DNA from: Capsulimonadales bacterium
GTDB lineage: Bacteria > Armatimonadota > Armatimonadia > Armatimonadales > Armatimonadaceae
Assembly: GCA_033762295.1 (NCBI GenBank)
Contig: JANRLW010000127.1
Location: 1-41,325 of the forward strand
DNA length: 41,325 bases
Direction: 5' to 3'
In this document: piece by piece, positions 8,411 through 17,043 of the stretch
How positions within the stretch are numbered: the stretch's first letter is position 1
Layout: each line of letters starts with the position of its first letter
Program-made: the position numbers and the translations under genes
Notes under the pieces: model-generated
The model's database searches: none
Seen by the model: the letters and a program-made list of their open reading frames with translations, nothing else
Told to the model about the DNA's origin: nothing

Positions 8411-8550
8411 TTCGTATTCCCGGGCAATTCTTATCGTGAAAATTGCCTGATTTTTGACCGGACAGGTGACAGGATTAGAGATACCAGCCCGTCATTAAAC
8501 CGCGATTAAATTTTCCCGATCCGTTTTTCCGTTCAAATCCGGTTCTCCCG

Positions 8551-10863
8551 CTACGATACCCGCTCGAGACGGGCGTAACCGGCGACCAATTTCTTGATAC
8601 CGACATTGGGAAAGGCGACCGACACCTGGGCGTTCTCCCCCTCACCGGTACAGGCGACGACGACGCCCTGCCCGAACACGGCATGTTTGACCTTCTGCCC
8701 CGGCTTGAACGGGGTCGCCGCGCCCGGTGTCTGCGGCGCTTTTGACGGGGCGACCGACGGAACCGGGCGTGGTCGCGCCACCGCCTTCGTCGCCTCGCGC
8801 GCTTCGTCCCAGGACTCGATCTGGCTGTACTCATCTCGGTGCCGGTGTCCGCCGCGCCCGCCCAGTACGTGCGTCGATCGGTCCCGCGCCGGCGGTTCCT
8901 TGAACATTTCGGCCGGAATCTCCCGAATGAAGCGCGAGACGGACGCCGGCAGCGTGTTGCCGAAGATCGTGCGCCGGGTCGCGTAGGTTAGGTAGAGTTC
9001 CTCCCGGGCGCGGGTGATCCCGACATAGGCCAGCCGCCGCTCCTCTTCCATCTGCGCATCCTGCTGCATGGAGTTCCGATGCGGGAAGATCCCCTCCTCC
9101 ATCCCCGCCAGAAAGACCACCGGGAACTCCAGACCCTTCGCCGAATGCAGGGTCATCAGGACGACCGCGTCGGTCCCGTTCTGATCCAGGCTGTCGATAT
9201 CGGCGATCAATGCCGTCTGCTCCAGGAATCCGCGCAGACTCGGGTCCTCCGTTGTCGCCTCGAACTGCCGGGTGACCGTCAGAAGCTCCTTGATGTTCTC
9301 GATGCGCGACTGGGCCTCGACCGTCCGCTCCCGTTCCAGTTCCCGGAGATAGCCGGTGTTCTCGAGGATCTCCTCGGTGATCTGCGTGACCGTCCGCTCC
9401 TCCCGTTTGCCGCGCAGGTAGGCGATCAGCGCGACGAACGCTTCGACCGCCTTTTTCGTGGTCGGCTTCAGCCCCTCGATCTGCCCGAGGTCCGCGACGA
9501 CATCCCAGAGCGTGACATTCATGAAGTTTGCTCGCTCCTCGACCTTCGCCAGCGTTCCCGCGCCGATTCCGCGCGTCGGGACATTGATCACCCGGCGCAA
9601 CGACACCGAATCGTACGGATTATGCACCAGGCGGAGATAGGCGAGGATGTCCTTGATCTCCTTGCGTTCGTAGAACTTCAGACCACCGACGATTCGATAC
9701 GGGATGCGGTAGTTAATCAGCATCTCCTCCAGGACGCGGGACTGGGCGTTGGTCCGATACAGCACGGCAAAATCGCCGTAACGCCGCTGCCCTTTCCGCA
9801 CGGCGTCCTGCACCACTCCGGCGATAAAGACCCCCTCCTCCTGCTCGTTGGCCGCTTCGTGCAGGGTGATCTCCTCGCCCTGCGGATTATCGGTCCGAAG
9901 CCGTTTGTCGGCCCGATTCCGGTTGTTCCGAACGACATGGTAGGCGGTATCGAGGATGTTCTTGGTCGAGCGGTAGTTCTGCTCCAGCTTGACGATCTTC
10001 GCTTCCGGGTAATCCCGCTCGAAGGAGAGGATGATCTCCACATCGGCCCCCCGCCATCCGTACACGGATTGGTCGTCATCGCCGACGATGCAGAGGTTCT
10101 CGAACCCGCCCGAGAGCAGACGGGTCAGCCGGTATTGCGCATGGTTGACGTCCTGGTACTCATCGACCAGCACGTAGCGGAACTTCCGCTGGTAATGCTC
10201 CCGCACGTCCTCTCGCTGTTCCAGCAAACGGACCGCGCGGGTAATCAGATCATCGAAATCCAGGGCGCGGTTCAGGCTCAGTTTGTCCCGGTACAGAGCA
10301 TAGCATCGCCCCACCACGCTCTCGAAAAGCCCTTTGAAATGGCGGGGGAACTCCTCCGGTTCGATCAGTTTCTCCTTCGCGCGCGAAATGAGCGACAGAA
10401 CGCCGCGTGGCGTATACTGCCGGTCGTCCAGATTCAGTTGGTGCAGGCACTCCTTTATGAGGGTAATCTGGTCGCCATCGTCGTACACCACGAAATCACG
10501 CGGCAGGCCGATGCTTTCGCCGCGTTCGCGAAGAAGACGGGCGCAGATGGCGTGAAAGGTGCCGACCCACATCTCCTTGCTCGCCTGCATACCGACGAGT
10601 TGATGGAGACGTTCCTTCATCTCCGTCGCCGCTTTGTTGGTGAAAGTGACGGCCAGAATATTCCAGGGCCGGACTCCCCGCCGGGCGATCAGGTACGCAA
10701 TCCGATGGGTCAGCACCCGCGTCTTACCGGACCCCGCACCGGCGAAGATCAGCAGCGGGCCGTCGCCATGCAGAACCGCCGCCTGCTGGGACTCGTTCAG
10801 CGACCGGAGCAGGGGATCATCGGGCATCGCCGCGGACGCCGTGGAGGGATCGGAACCGTTCAT
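8551..10863 (-). CDS. pcrA: ATP-dependent DNA helicase PcrA/UvrD (SF1A)
   Basis: AGAGSGKT, VTFTNKAA, GTFH, VDEYQD, VGDDDQS.YGWRGA, LEQNYRS, LYRTNAQSR, MTLHSAKGLEF, EEERRLAYVGITRA, plus a C-terminal Tudor-like domain (V.H.VFG.G). Confidence 0.97.
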   Translation of the reverse strand: MNGSDPSTASAAMPDDPLLRSLNESQQAAVLHGDGPLLIFAGAGSGKTRVLTHRIAYLIARRGVRPWNILAVTFTNKAATEMKERLHQLVGMQASKEMWVGTFHAICARLLRERGESIGLPRDFVVYDDGDQITLIKECLHQLNLDDRQYTPRGVLSLISRAKEKLIEPEEFPRHFKGLFESVVGRCYALYRDKLSLNRALDFDDLITRAVRLLEQREDVREHYQRKFRYVLVDEYQDVNHAQYRLTRLLSGGFENLCIVGDDDQSVYGWRGADVEIILSFERDYPEAKIVKLEQNYRSTKNILDTAYHVVRNNRNRADKRLRTDNPQGEEITLHEAANEQEEGVFIAGVVQDAVRKGQRRYGDFAVLYRTNAQSRVLEEMLINYRIPYRIVGGLKFYERKEIKDILAYLRLVHNPYDSVSLRRVINVPTRGIGAGTLAKVEERANFMNVTLWDVVADLGQIEGLKPTTKKAVEAFVALIAYLRGKREERTVTQITEEILENTGYLRELERERTVEAQSRIENIKELLTVTRQFEATTEDPSLRGFLEQTALIADIDSLDQNGTDAVVLMTLHSAKGLEFPVVFLAGMEEGIFPHRNSMQQDAQMEEERRLAYVGITRAREELYLTYATRRTIFGNTLPASVSRFIREIPAEMFKEPPARDRSTHVLGGRGGHRHRDEYSQIESWDEAREATKAVARPRPVPSVAPSKAPQTPGAATPFKPGQKVKHAVFGQGVVVACTGEGENAQVSVAFPNVGIKKLVAGYARLERVS

Positions 10864-10939
10864 CGTCGATTATTGTAGCATAGGCCGCTCCCGACCGGCC
10901 CCGTAGATTTCGAGACCCGCACCGGAGGGTATAAAGGAA

Positions 10940-10983
10940 GTTAACAATTTCTTAACATCAGGACCGGATTTTTCCGATAAACT
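10940..10983 (+). promoter_or_regulatory. Pho-box-like direct repeat plus -10 promoter
   Basis: GTTAACAA-ttt-CTTAACAT (TTAAC at 10941 and 10952) and TAAACT at 10978-10983. Spacing is identical to the site at 1332-1375. Confidence 0.6.
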
Positions 10984-11038
10984 GTTAGGAAGGTGCGACC
11001 GGCGCACCCGTTTGGTATTTTCTTTTGGAAAGGCCCTT

Positions 11039-11863
11039 ATGCAAGTCCGACATTCCCAGGTTCGAGCCCCCCGCGCCGGGGCGGCGTTCACCCTGATCGA
11101 GTTGCTCGTGGTTATCGCCATTATCGCGATCCTCGCCGCGATCCTGTTCCCCGTCTTCGCCCAGGCCCGTGAAAAGGCCCGCGCTATCTCCTGTCTGTCC
11201 AACCTGCGTCAGCTGGGCACCGCGACGCTGATGTACGTTCAGGATTACGACGAAACGTTCCCGCAGAGCGCCTACAGCCTCGACACGACGACCTTCGTCG
11301 GCGGCGTCGGCGTCCTGGTCCCCGGCAGCGGCGACCGTGTCTTCACGGCCTACTCCGCCCTGATGCCCTACATGAAGAACACGGGCATCCTCAACTGCCC
11401 GTCGCTCGCCCCCGGCATCGACTTCAACGCGATCCTCGCCACGGTCGGTCTCCGCTCCGATAATGTCTTCCGCTACTCCGGCTACTCGCTGAACTACGCG
11501 CTGTTCCAGGACCCGGCGCTTCCGCCCGGACTTGGCGCGAACGACCCGGTCGTTCCCCTGGCCGCCCTGCAGGCCCCGGTCGATACCATCGTTTTCTACG
11601 ACTCCCGGTATGATGCGCCCGGTATCACCCGCAAGGACGGATGTCCGACCCTGGGTCCGACCGAAGCGTTCGGCTGGAACAACTTCCCCGGCGACGGTCG
11701 CCACTCCGAAGGCTTCAACGTCAACTATGCCGACGGTCACGCCAAGTATATTCGCAAGAACGGCACCATCCCCGGCCGGTCGATCGATGGCGGCGTCGAG
11801 GTGAATACCTACAACCTGCCGTGCGATGTCTCCGGAATTCCGGGCGGCACCGCCAACACGTAA
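11039..11863 (+). CDS. DUF1559-type prepilin-like protein with H-X9-DG-CTERM
   Basis: [15 protein letters not shown]...[62 protein letters not shown] before ATG 11039. Confidence 0.92.
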   Translation: MQVRHSQVRAPRAGAAFTLIELLVVIAIIAILAAILFPVFAQAREKARAISCLSNLRQLGTATLMYVQDYDETFPQSAYSLDTTTFVGGVGVLVPGSGDRVFTAYSALMPYMKNTGILNCPSLAPGIDFNAILATVGLRSDNVFRYSGYSLNYALFQDPALPPGLGANDPVVPLAALQAPVDTIVFYDSRYDAPGITRKDGCPTLGPTEAFGWNNFPGDGRHSEGFNVNYADGHAKYIRKNGTIPGRSIDGGVEVNTYNLPCDVSGIPGGTANT

Positions 11864-11897
11864 ACACGTACCCCCTGCGGGTCTTCCCGCCCGTTCC

Positions 11898-11934
11898 GAA
11901 AACCCCGCCGACCGACCGGCGGGGTTTTCTTGTT
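11898..11934 (+). terminator. rho-independent terminator
   Basis: GAAAACCCCGCCG-accgac-CGGCGGGGTTTTC followed by TTGTT. Confidence 0.8.
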
Positions 11935-12045
11935 GGTCCGATCCGCCTGGTCCGATCCGCACCGTGACGGAACCGACGGAACCCCGGTTCGCCCCTTGCC
12001 GACTTCTGCATGACATCTTTATTTGTTAGGGAAGGTGAGAAAAAT

Positions 12046-12885
12046 ATGGCATACGCGGATACGTCCGGTACGATGAACGCCGGATCGACGGACTCCGATA
12101 CGACCCTGCGGATCAGTCGGTTCGAACACAACGACGGGCCGGAGCCCACGCACAGCGGCGCGAACCGGAATCAGGGAATGATGGGCTCCATCAACATCGG
12201 CATGCCCGAACGGATCATTTCCGGCGTCGCCGGAACCGCTCTGACCGCTTACGCAATGAAACGGCTCAAGACTCCGGATGGTGCCGTGCTCGCCGCGACC
12301 GGACTTTATCTGGTTGCGCGCGGAGTGTCCGGGCATTGCTTCGGTTATGCCGCTCTGCGCACCGGCACGAACGGCGCTACCGACAGCCCGAACGCCGCCA
12401 TTCCTCATGGGCAGGGAATCAAGGTCGAAAAGACCGTGACGATCAACCGGCCTGCCGCAACTCTTTACGATTTCTGGCGACGGTTCGAGAACCTGCCCCG
12501 GTTCATGAAACACCTGGAATCGGTTCGTGAAATCACCGATACCCGTTCGCACTGGGTGGCCAAAGCTCCGCTCAACAACACGGTCGAGTGGGACGCCGAG
12601 GTGATCCAGGATATTCCGAACGAACGGATCGCCTGGAAGTCGCTCGAGGGCGCCCAGGTGCCCAACGCCGGGTCGGTCCGGTTCCGGGAACTTCCGAACG
12701 GTCGAGGCACCGAACTGAAGGTTAATCTGGAATACAATCCGCCCGCGGGAGCCCTGGGAGCGGCAATCGCCAAACTGTTCGGCGAGGAACCGAGCGTTCA
12801 GGTGGAGGATGATCTCAACCGTTTCCGCAGTCTGATGGAGACCGGTGAGATTCCGACCGTCTCCGGACAGCCCAAAGGTAGGTAG
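12046..12885 (+). CDS. SRPBCC/polyketide cyclase-dehydrase family protein with N-terminal DUF2892-like membrane segment
   Basis: NIG..ER..S, RG.SGHC..Y.AL, V..TVTINRP, Y.FWR.FENLPRFM.HL.SV, SHWVAKAP, VEWDAE, IAW.S, Y.PP.G.LG, METGE.PT.GQP.GR. Confidence 0.9.
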   Translation: MAYADTSGTMNAGSTDSDTTLRISRFEHNDGPEPTHSGANRNQGMMGSINIGMPERIISGVAGTALTAYAMKRLKTPDGAVLAATGLYLVARGVSGHCFGYAALRTGTNGATDSPNAAIPHGQGIKVEKTVTINRPAATLYDFWRRFENLPRFMKHLESVREITDTRSHWVAKAPLNNTVEWDAEVIQDIPNERIAWKSLEGAQVPNAGSVRFRELPNGRGTELKVNLEYNPPAGALGAAIAKLFGEEPSVQVEDDLNRFRSLMETGEIPTVSGQPKGR

Positions 12886-12892
12886 GCGCGCT

Positions 12893-13063
12893 ATGTCCGA
12901 CAAACAGGACCAGAAAAAGAAGGACGGTCACCGTACCGACAAGAAGCATCAGGAGATGCGAGAAAGCGTGAACGAACGTCAGGAACAGGCAGAGCGTACC
13001 GCCGAGGGTGACCCGCATCAGCGGAATCCCGAGGAGACCAACCGCTCCGGCACCAAATCCTGA
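12893..13063 (+). CDS. small hydrophilic (hydrophilin-like) protein, 56 aa
   Basis: AGGTAGG upstream of ATG 12893. [56 protein letters not shown] is highly charged and lies between two stress genes. Confidence 0.6.
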   Translation: MSDKQDQKKKDGHRTDKKHQEMRESVNERQEQAERTAEGDPHQRNPEETNRSGTKS

Positions 13064-13160
13064 CGGCTTCGGACCCGATCGCTCCGTCACCGGGGAGGGG
13101 CAGACAGTTCCCCTCTCCGGTACGAACACAGAAAAATTACATACAGGGAGACAGAAAGCA

Positions 13161-14336
13161 ATGAAAGCACTCTGCTGGCAGGGTAAGGGAAAAGTCCAGG
13201 TGGACAACGTTCCCGACCCGACGATCCTCAACGACCGGGATATCATCCTCAAAATCACCTCGACCGCCATCTGCGGTTCCGACCTGCACATCTTTAACGG
13301 CCTGATCCCGATGATGCAGCCGGGCGATATTCTCGGGCATGAATTCATGGGTGAGGTGGTCGAAACGGGCAAGGGCGTGCAAAATCTGAAGATCGGCGAC
13401 CGGGTCATCATTCCGTTCACCATCGCCTGTGGCGGTTGCTTCTTCTGCAACAAGGACCTGTACAGCCTCTGCGAGAACTCCAATCCGAATCGGGCGATCG
13501 CGGATCGCATCTACGGTTATTCGCCCTCCGGGTTATTCGGCTATTCGCATATCTTCGGCGGGTACGCCGGAGGTCAGGCGGAGTATGCGCGGGTTCCTTA
13601 CGCGGACGTGGGCGCCTATAAGGTGCCGGACGGGCTTACCGACGAGCAGGTCCTTTTCCTCACCGATATCTTCCCGACCGGTTATGAGGCCGCGGAGAAC
13701 TGCGGCATCGAACCGGGCGAGACGGTGGCGATCTGGGGGTGCGGACCGGTGGGGCTGTTTGCGATCAAAAGTGCGTTCCTGCTCGGGGCGGGGCGCGTGA
13801 TCGCGATCGATCGGATTCCCGAACGGCTCGCTCTGGCACAGCAGGCGGGCGCGGAGATCTTTGACTATTCCAAAGCGGGCAACGTCGCCGAACGTCTGAA
13901 GGAGATGACCGGCGGTCGCGGTCCGGATCACTGTATCGACGCCGTCGGTATGGAGGCGCACGGAACGACGCCGGATGCCTATTATGACTATGCGAAGATG
14001 GCGGCCAAAATGGCCACCGACCGACCGCATGTCATTCGGGAAGCGATCATGGCCTGTCGCAAGGGCGGCACCGTCTCCCTGCCCGGCGTGTACGGAGGTT
14101 TTGTGGACAAGATCCCGCTGGGCGCGGCCCATGCGAAAAGTCTGACCTTCAAAATGGGACAGACACACGTCCATAAGTACCTTCCGATACTGATGGACCA
14201 TATTCAAAACGGTCGGATCGACCCGACCTTCTTGATCTCGCACCGACTGCCGCTCAGCGATGCCCCCCGCGGCTATCAGATTTTCCGGGACAAGCTGGAA
14301 AACTGCACCAAAATCGTTCTGAAGCCCGGCACGTAA
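13161..14336 (+). CDS. zinc-dependent alcohol dehydrogenase (glutathione-dependent formaldehyde dehydrogenase-like MDR)
   Basis: MKALCWQG start, ICGSDLH, GHEFMG, CGGCFFC...C structural Zn site, [15 protein letters not shown]. Confidence 0.93.
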   Translation: MKALCWQGKGKVQVDNVPDPTILNDRDIILKITSTAICGSDLHIFNGLIPMMQPGDILGHEFMGEVVETGKGVQNLKIGDRVIIPFTIACGGCFFCNKDLYSLCENSNPNRAIADRIYGYSPSGLFGYSHIFGGYAGGQAEYARVPYADVGAYKVPDGLTDEQVLFLTDIFPTGYEAAENCGIEPGETVAIWGCGPVGLFAIKSAFLLGAGRVIAIDRIPERLALAQQAGAEIFDYSKAGNVAERLKEMTGGRGPDHCIDAVGMEAHGTTPDAYYDYAKMAAKMATDRPHVIREAIMACRKGGTVSLPGVYGGFVDKIPLGAAHAKSLTFKMGQTHVHKYLPILMDHIQNGRIDPTFLISHRLPLSDAPRGYQIFRDKLENCTKIVLKPGT

Positions 14337-14368
14337 ACGCCGATTCCCGGCGACCGCCCGGATATCCT

Positions 14369-14899
14369 CTAGGTGTCCGGACGATCGCCGGGTCCGCAGG
14401 CGACGGTTTTCAGAGCGGAGTCATGGGACGTTCGCGCCGTCGAGAGTACGGTAAAACTCCCATCCGTTTCCAGTACGACCGCCCCGGCCTCTTCGAGAGC
14501 GCCGAATCCCTGACTGCGTATCGCCGCGTAGACCTCCTCTTCCGTTACCCGCTCGCAACGCATCACGTCACGCTGAAATTCGCCCCGGTAAAGGAGCATC
14601 GACGGTTCGGCCTTCACCAGACGACTTATCCTCTTGCTGCGAACGGATGCCCAGGTCAGGACGAACTGCAACAGGACGAGAAGAACGAAGGCGAGAACAC
14701 CCTCCGCCAGAGCGACGGACTTCGTCAGCAGAACCGTCGCCAGCGTCGACCCGAGAGCGACCGTCACCACCAGGTCGAAAGCGTTCATCTTGGACAGGGT
14801 TCGTTTGCCGGATACTCTCAACAAAAAGACCAGGGATGCATAGGCAAGCGTACCGACAACGACAACCCGTCCAAGCCCGCTCCAGCTATCAAAGAACAC
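14369..14899 (-). CDS. DUF421 (YetF-like) membrane protein
   Basis: LRVSGKRTLSKMNAFD.VVTVALGS.LA, VK.EP.ML, E...A.R.QG, VLETDGSF.V. GAGGG RBS before GTG 14899. Confidence 0.9.
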   Translation of the reverse strand: MFFDSWSGLGRVVVVGTLAYASLVFLLRVSGKRTLSKMNAFDLVVTVALGSTLATVLLTKSVALAEGVLAFVLLVLLQFVLTWASVRSKRISRLVKAEPSMLLYRGEFQRDVMRCERVTEEEVYAAIRSQGFGALEEAGAVVLETDGSFTVLSTARTSHDSALKTVACGPGDRPDT

Positions 14900-15048
14900 G
14901 GCGTTCCCTCGCAATCACAGGGACGGTTCTCCGGCGCCGTCCGGCAATCCGGTTTATCCCTCCGTTCGTAATTCGCGGATCACGTCCTGAAAGTTCGTCT
15001 GCTCTTTTGAACGGGAAATCCTTCCAGAATATTGACGTCGTTCGATCG

Positions 15049-15660
15049 TCAGGCGGCGGCTCGTTTCCGGCGGAATCTCGACAGAGGCGCGACGACCGCC
15101 AGCGTTCCGAGAAGCGCGAGCGTTCCGGGTTCCGGGGCGGCCGAGACGTCGACCAGGAATCCGCGAACCTCTCCGTCCGGAAAGGCGGTCGTCCGGAGGC
15201 TGAAATAAGCCTGACCGTTTTCAATCGCGTTGTCGAGGGCATTCAACGCATCCGAAACCGTCCCTCCGCTGGCCGTGATGAAGGCGGGGTTATACGATTC
15301 CGCCACGGTCAGGTCGAACGTCTGATCGTAAACGCCGCTCGAAACCCCGAGCGGAAAGCCGGTCAGGGATGGCGCTTGCGTGGCGATGATTGCCGTGCCG
15401 TCGAAGGGAACGGCGGTCGGCGCATGGAGACTCGCCCCGGTGACCGTCCCGGTCAGTCCGCTGAAAGCGACGTTGACCCGGAGGGTAATGAGGTCCAGAT
15501 CCATGGTGATGAAGGCATTGCCGATCGCCGGCGAGGTATTGACCGGCGACTGGTTCAGACCGCTGAGGATCGCCCGGTAGAGAGCGGTATGGGCATGGCC
15601 GGCCGTGGCAAATCCCGCCAGCGCGAACAGAACGAGTGCGGCGCGTGAAAGAGAACGCAT
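15049..15660 (-). CDS. secreted CHRD-domain protein with PEP-CTERM sorting signal
   Basis: Signal peptide ending AGHA, CHRD motifs L.G..Q.P, S.A.G, F.GL, AYF.L.T..FP.GEVRG.L, then APEPGT + TM + RRKR. RBS GGAGG. Confidence 0.9.
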   Translation of the reverse strand: MRSLSRAALVLFALAGFATAGHAHTALYRAILSGLNQSPVNTSPAIGNAFITMDLDLITLRVNVAFSGLTGTVTGASLHAPTAVPFDGTAIIATQAPSLTGFPLGVSSGVYDQTFDLTVAESYNPAFITASGGTVSDALNALDNAIENGQAYFSLRTTAFPDGEVRGFLVDVSAAPEPGTLALLGTLAVVAPLSRFRRKRAAA

Positions 15661-15711
15661 CTATTCCTCCTATAAACCTATGAACAAGAACGGAGACGAG
15701 GCTCCGCTCTG

Positions 15712-15745
15712 AAAAAATTGCCCCGCACGAACGGCGTGCGGGGAG
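15712..15745 (-). terminator. rho-independent terminator between the two CHRD genes
   Basis: Minus strand CCCCGCACG-ccgtt-CGTGCGGGG followed by CAATTTTTT. Confidence 0.65.
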
Positions 15746-15767
15746 ATTCAACTTACCGAGACGTCGG

Positions 15768-16358
15768 TTACTTGCGTCGTCGCACGAGCGCAAAACCGAT
15801 CACGCCGACCGCTCCGAGCAGGCTCAGCGTTCCCGGTTCGGGCGCCGAGGTCTGCACCAGGAAGCCGCGGATTTCGCCGCCGCCGAACACGGAGGTGTGG
15901 ATGTTGAAGTAGGTGCGCTGGGCGACCATCGCGTTGATGAACGCCGTTTCCGCCGTGGCCGGCGTGCCACCGTTCGCGGTGATAAACGCTGCGTTGTACG
16001 AGGAGGACAGGGTCATGTCAAAGGTTCGATCGTAGAAACCGAAGGTATTTCCGGCGGGGAATCCGGGGTACGTCGGGGTCGGGGTAATGACGCCCGCGGT
16101 GCCGGTCAGGGGGGTCGCCGTCGCGCCATGGATGTGGGCGACAGTCACGTTTCCGAGCAGGCCGGAGAAAGACGCGCGGACGCGCATCAGGTGGCTGACG
16201 GGATCGTAGTTGACGATCGCCAGACCGGTGCCCGGCGAGGAGTTCGGCGGGGCTTCCGCCGGACCGGACATACGAGCGATAAAGTTTTGCGCCTGGGCGG
16301 CCGGGCTCATGACAGCCAGAGTCGTCGCGACGACGACGAACTTAAACACGTTCTTCAA
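15768..16358 (-). CDS. secreted CHRD-domain protein with PEP-CTERM sorting signal
   Basis: TTG start after GGGAGG. Signal peptide ending AAQA, G..E.PP..SPG.G, AHIH, YFNIHT..F.GGEIRGFL, APEPGT + TM + RRRK. Confidence 0.92.
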   Translation of the reverse strand: MKNVFKFVVVATTLAVMSPAAQAQNFIARMSGPAEAPPNSSPGTGLAIVNYDPVSHLMRVRASFSGLLGNVTVAHIHGATATPLTGTAGVITPTPTYPGFPAGNTFGFYDRTFDMTLSSSYNAAFITANGGTPATAETAFINAMVAQRTYFNIHTSVFGGGEIRGFLVQTSAPEPGTLSLLGAVGVIGFALVRRRK

Positions 16359-16456
16359 ACTTCGTTCCTCCCAAATGAGATATTGGTATGATCGGCCCGA
16401 GCGCCTGGCACGGCGTTGGACCATCGCGCATTGGATGAATCGATTCTCGCCTGATG

Positions 16457-16486
16457 ATTATACCCATATTATTGCAAAAATAACAA
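16457..16486 (-). promoter_or_regulatory. candidate sigma70 promoter for the CHRD gene
   Basis: Minus strand TTGTTA, 18 nt, TATAAT within an AT-rich patch. Confidence 0.45.
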
Positions 16487-16568
16487 ATGCACCGAATTTT
16501 CGTTTTTCGGTCCGGGCGCCGTCGATGTCGGGACGGACGGTGGAACGTCGTCCGGACGCCGACGCAGG

Positions 16569-16598
16569 TTGACGGAAGCTTCCGGGGCATGATATGGT
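16569..16598 (+). promoter_or_regulatory. candidate promoter for the T-box/ilv transcript
   Basis: TTGACG (16569-16574), 18 nt, TG-a-TATGGT (16590-16598). Confidence 0.45.
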
Positions 16599-16659
16599 GT
16601 ATCGGCAATAGCATGGGGTATCGTTCTTTTCGAAACGCCTGCTTACATATCGTTTTGTG

Positions 16660-16985
16660 GCGATGACGAGGCCAGTAGGCGTGTGTCGCGCTTTCAGAGA
16701 GCCGCCGGACGGTGCGAGGCGGCAGGCGCACACGAGGAGTCCCTTCCGGATCTCCGACCGAATCTCCCCTCCGAGCCGTATCTTCGAACCGCCCCGACCG
16801 GGCACAGTAGGGATGCCGGGTGCGCCCGATACAGCGCATCGAGTGGCCGCCGATTCGGTCTGAAGCCGGACACGGGGCAATTCGGGTGGTACCGCGGGTG
16901 GCCCGTATTTCGCCGGTCGGCGAAGACAAAGGATGGCCCCTCGTCCCGATTCAGCTGCGTCCGGGGCGGGGGGTTTTGTGTTTTT
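16660..16985 (+). promoter_or_regulatory. T-box riboswitch (transcriptional), probable Leu (CUC) specifier
   Basis: K-turn GCGATGA/CGAGC; AGTA (16674) and GAA (16760) loop E; AGAGA bulge (16696); GGTGCGA distal loop (16711); stem II with GAA/AGTA; T-box AATTCGGGTGGTACCGCGG (16879-16897) pairing with CCTCGTCCCGATT; overlapping terminator with T tract (16937-16985). CTC at 16764-16766. Sits upstream of ilvB. Confidence 0.93.
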
Positions 16986-17043
16986 CGACCCCTTCCCCGA
17001 TACGGTTACGAAACAGGACACAAAGTGGAGGGAACGGATAACG

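Noticed and set aside
8492..8512. ATTAAA repeated at an 11-bp period (TTTAAT on the minus strand) upstream of the 8410 gene
   Set aside because: It only partly matches the TTAAC unit and has no -10 at the 26-nt spacing seen in the two good sites, so it is too weak to call.
9079..10878. 599-aa plus-strand ORF and other long antisense ORFs (e.g. 37627-39933, 36144-37763, 4722-6185, 25572-26912)
   Set aside because: Each lies opposite a well-supported gene and shows no domain signature.
13091..13119. GGGGAGGGG...CCCCTCTCC hairpin resembling the island repeat
   Set aside because: The arm order and loop differ from the 25-bp repeat and the similarity is low-complexity. It is probably an ordinary intergenic hairpin.
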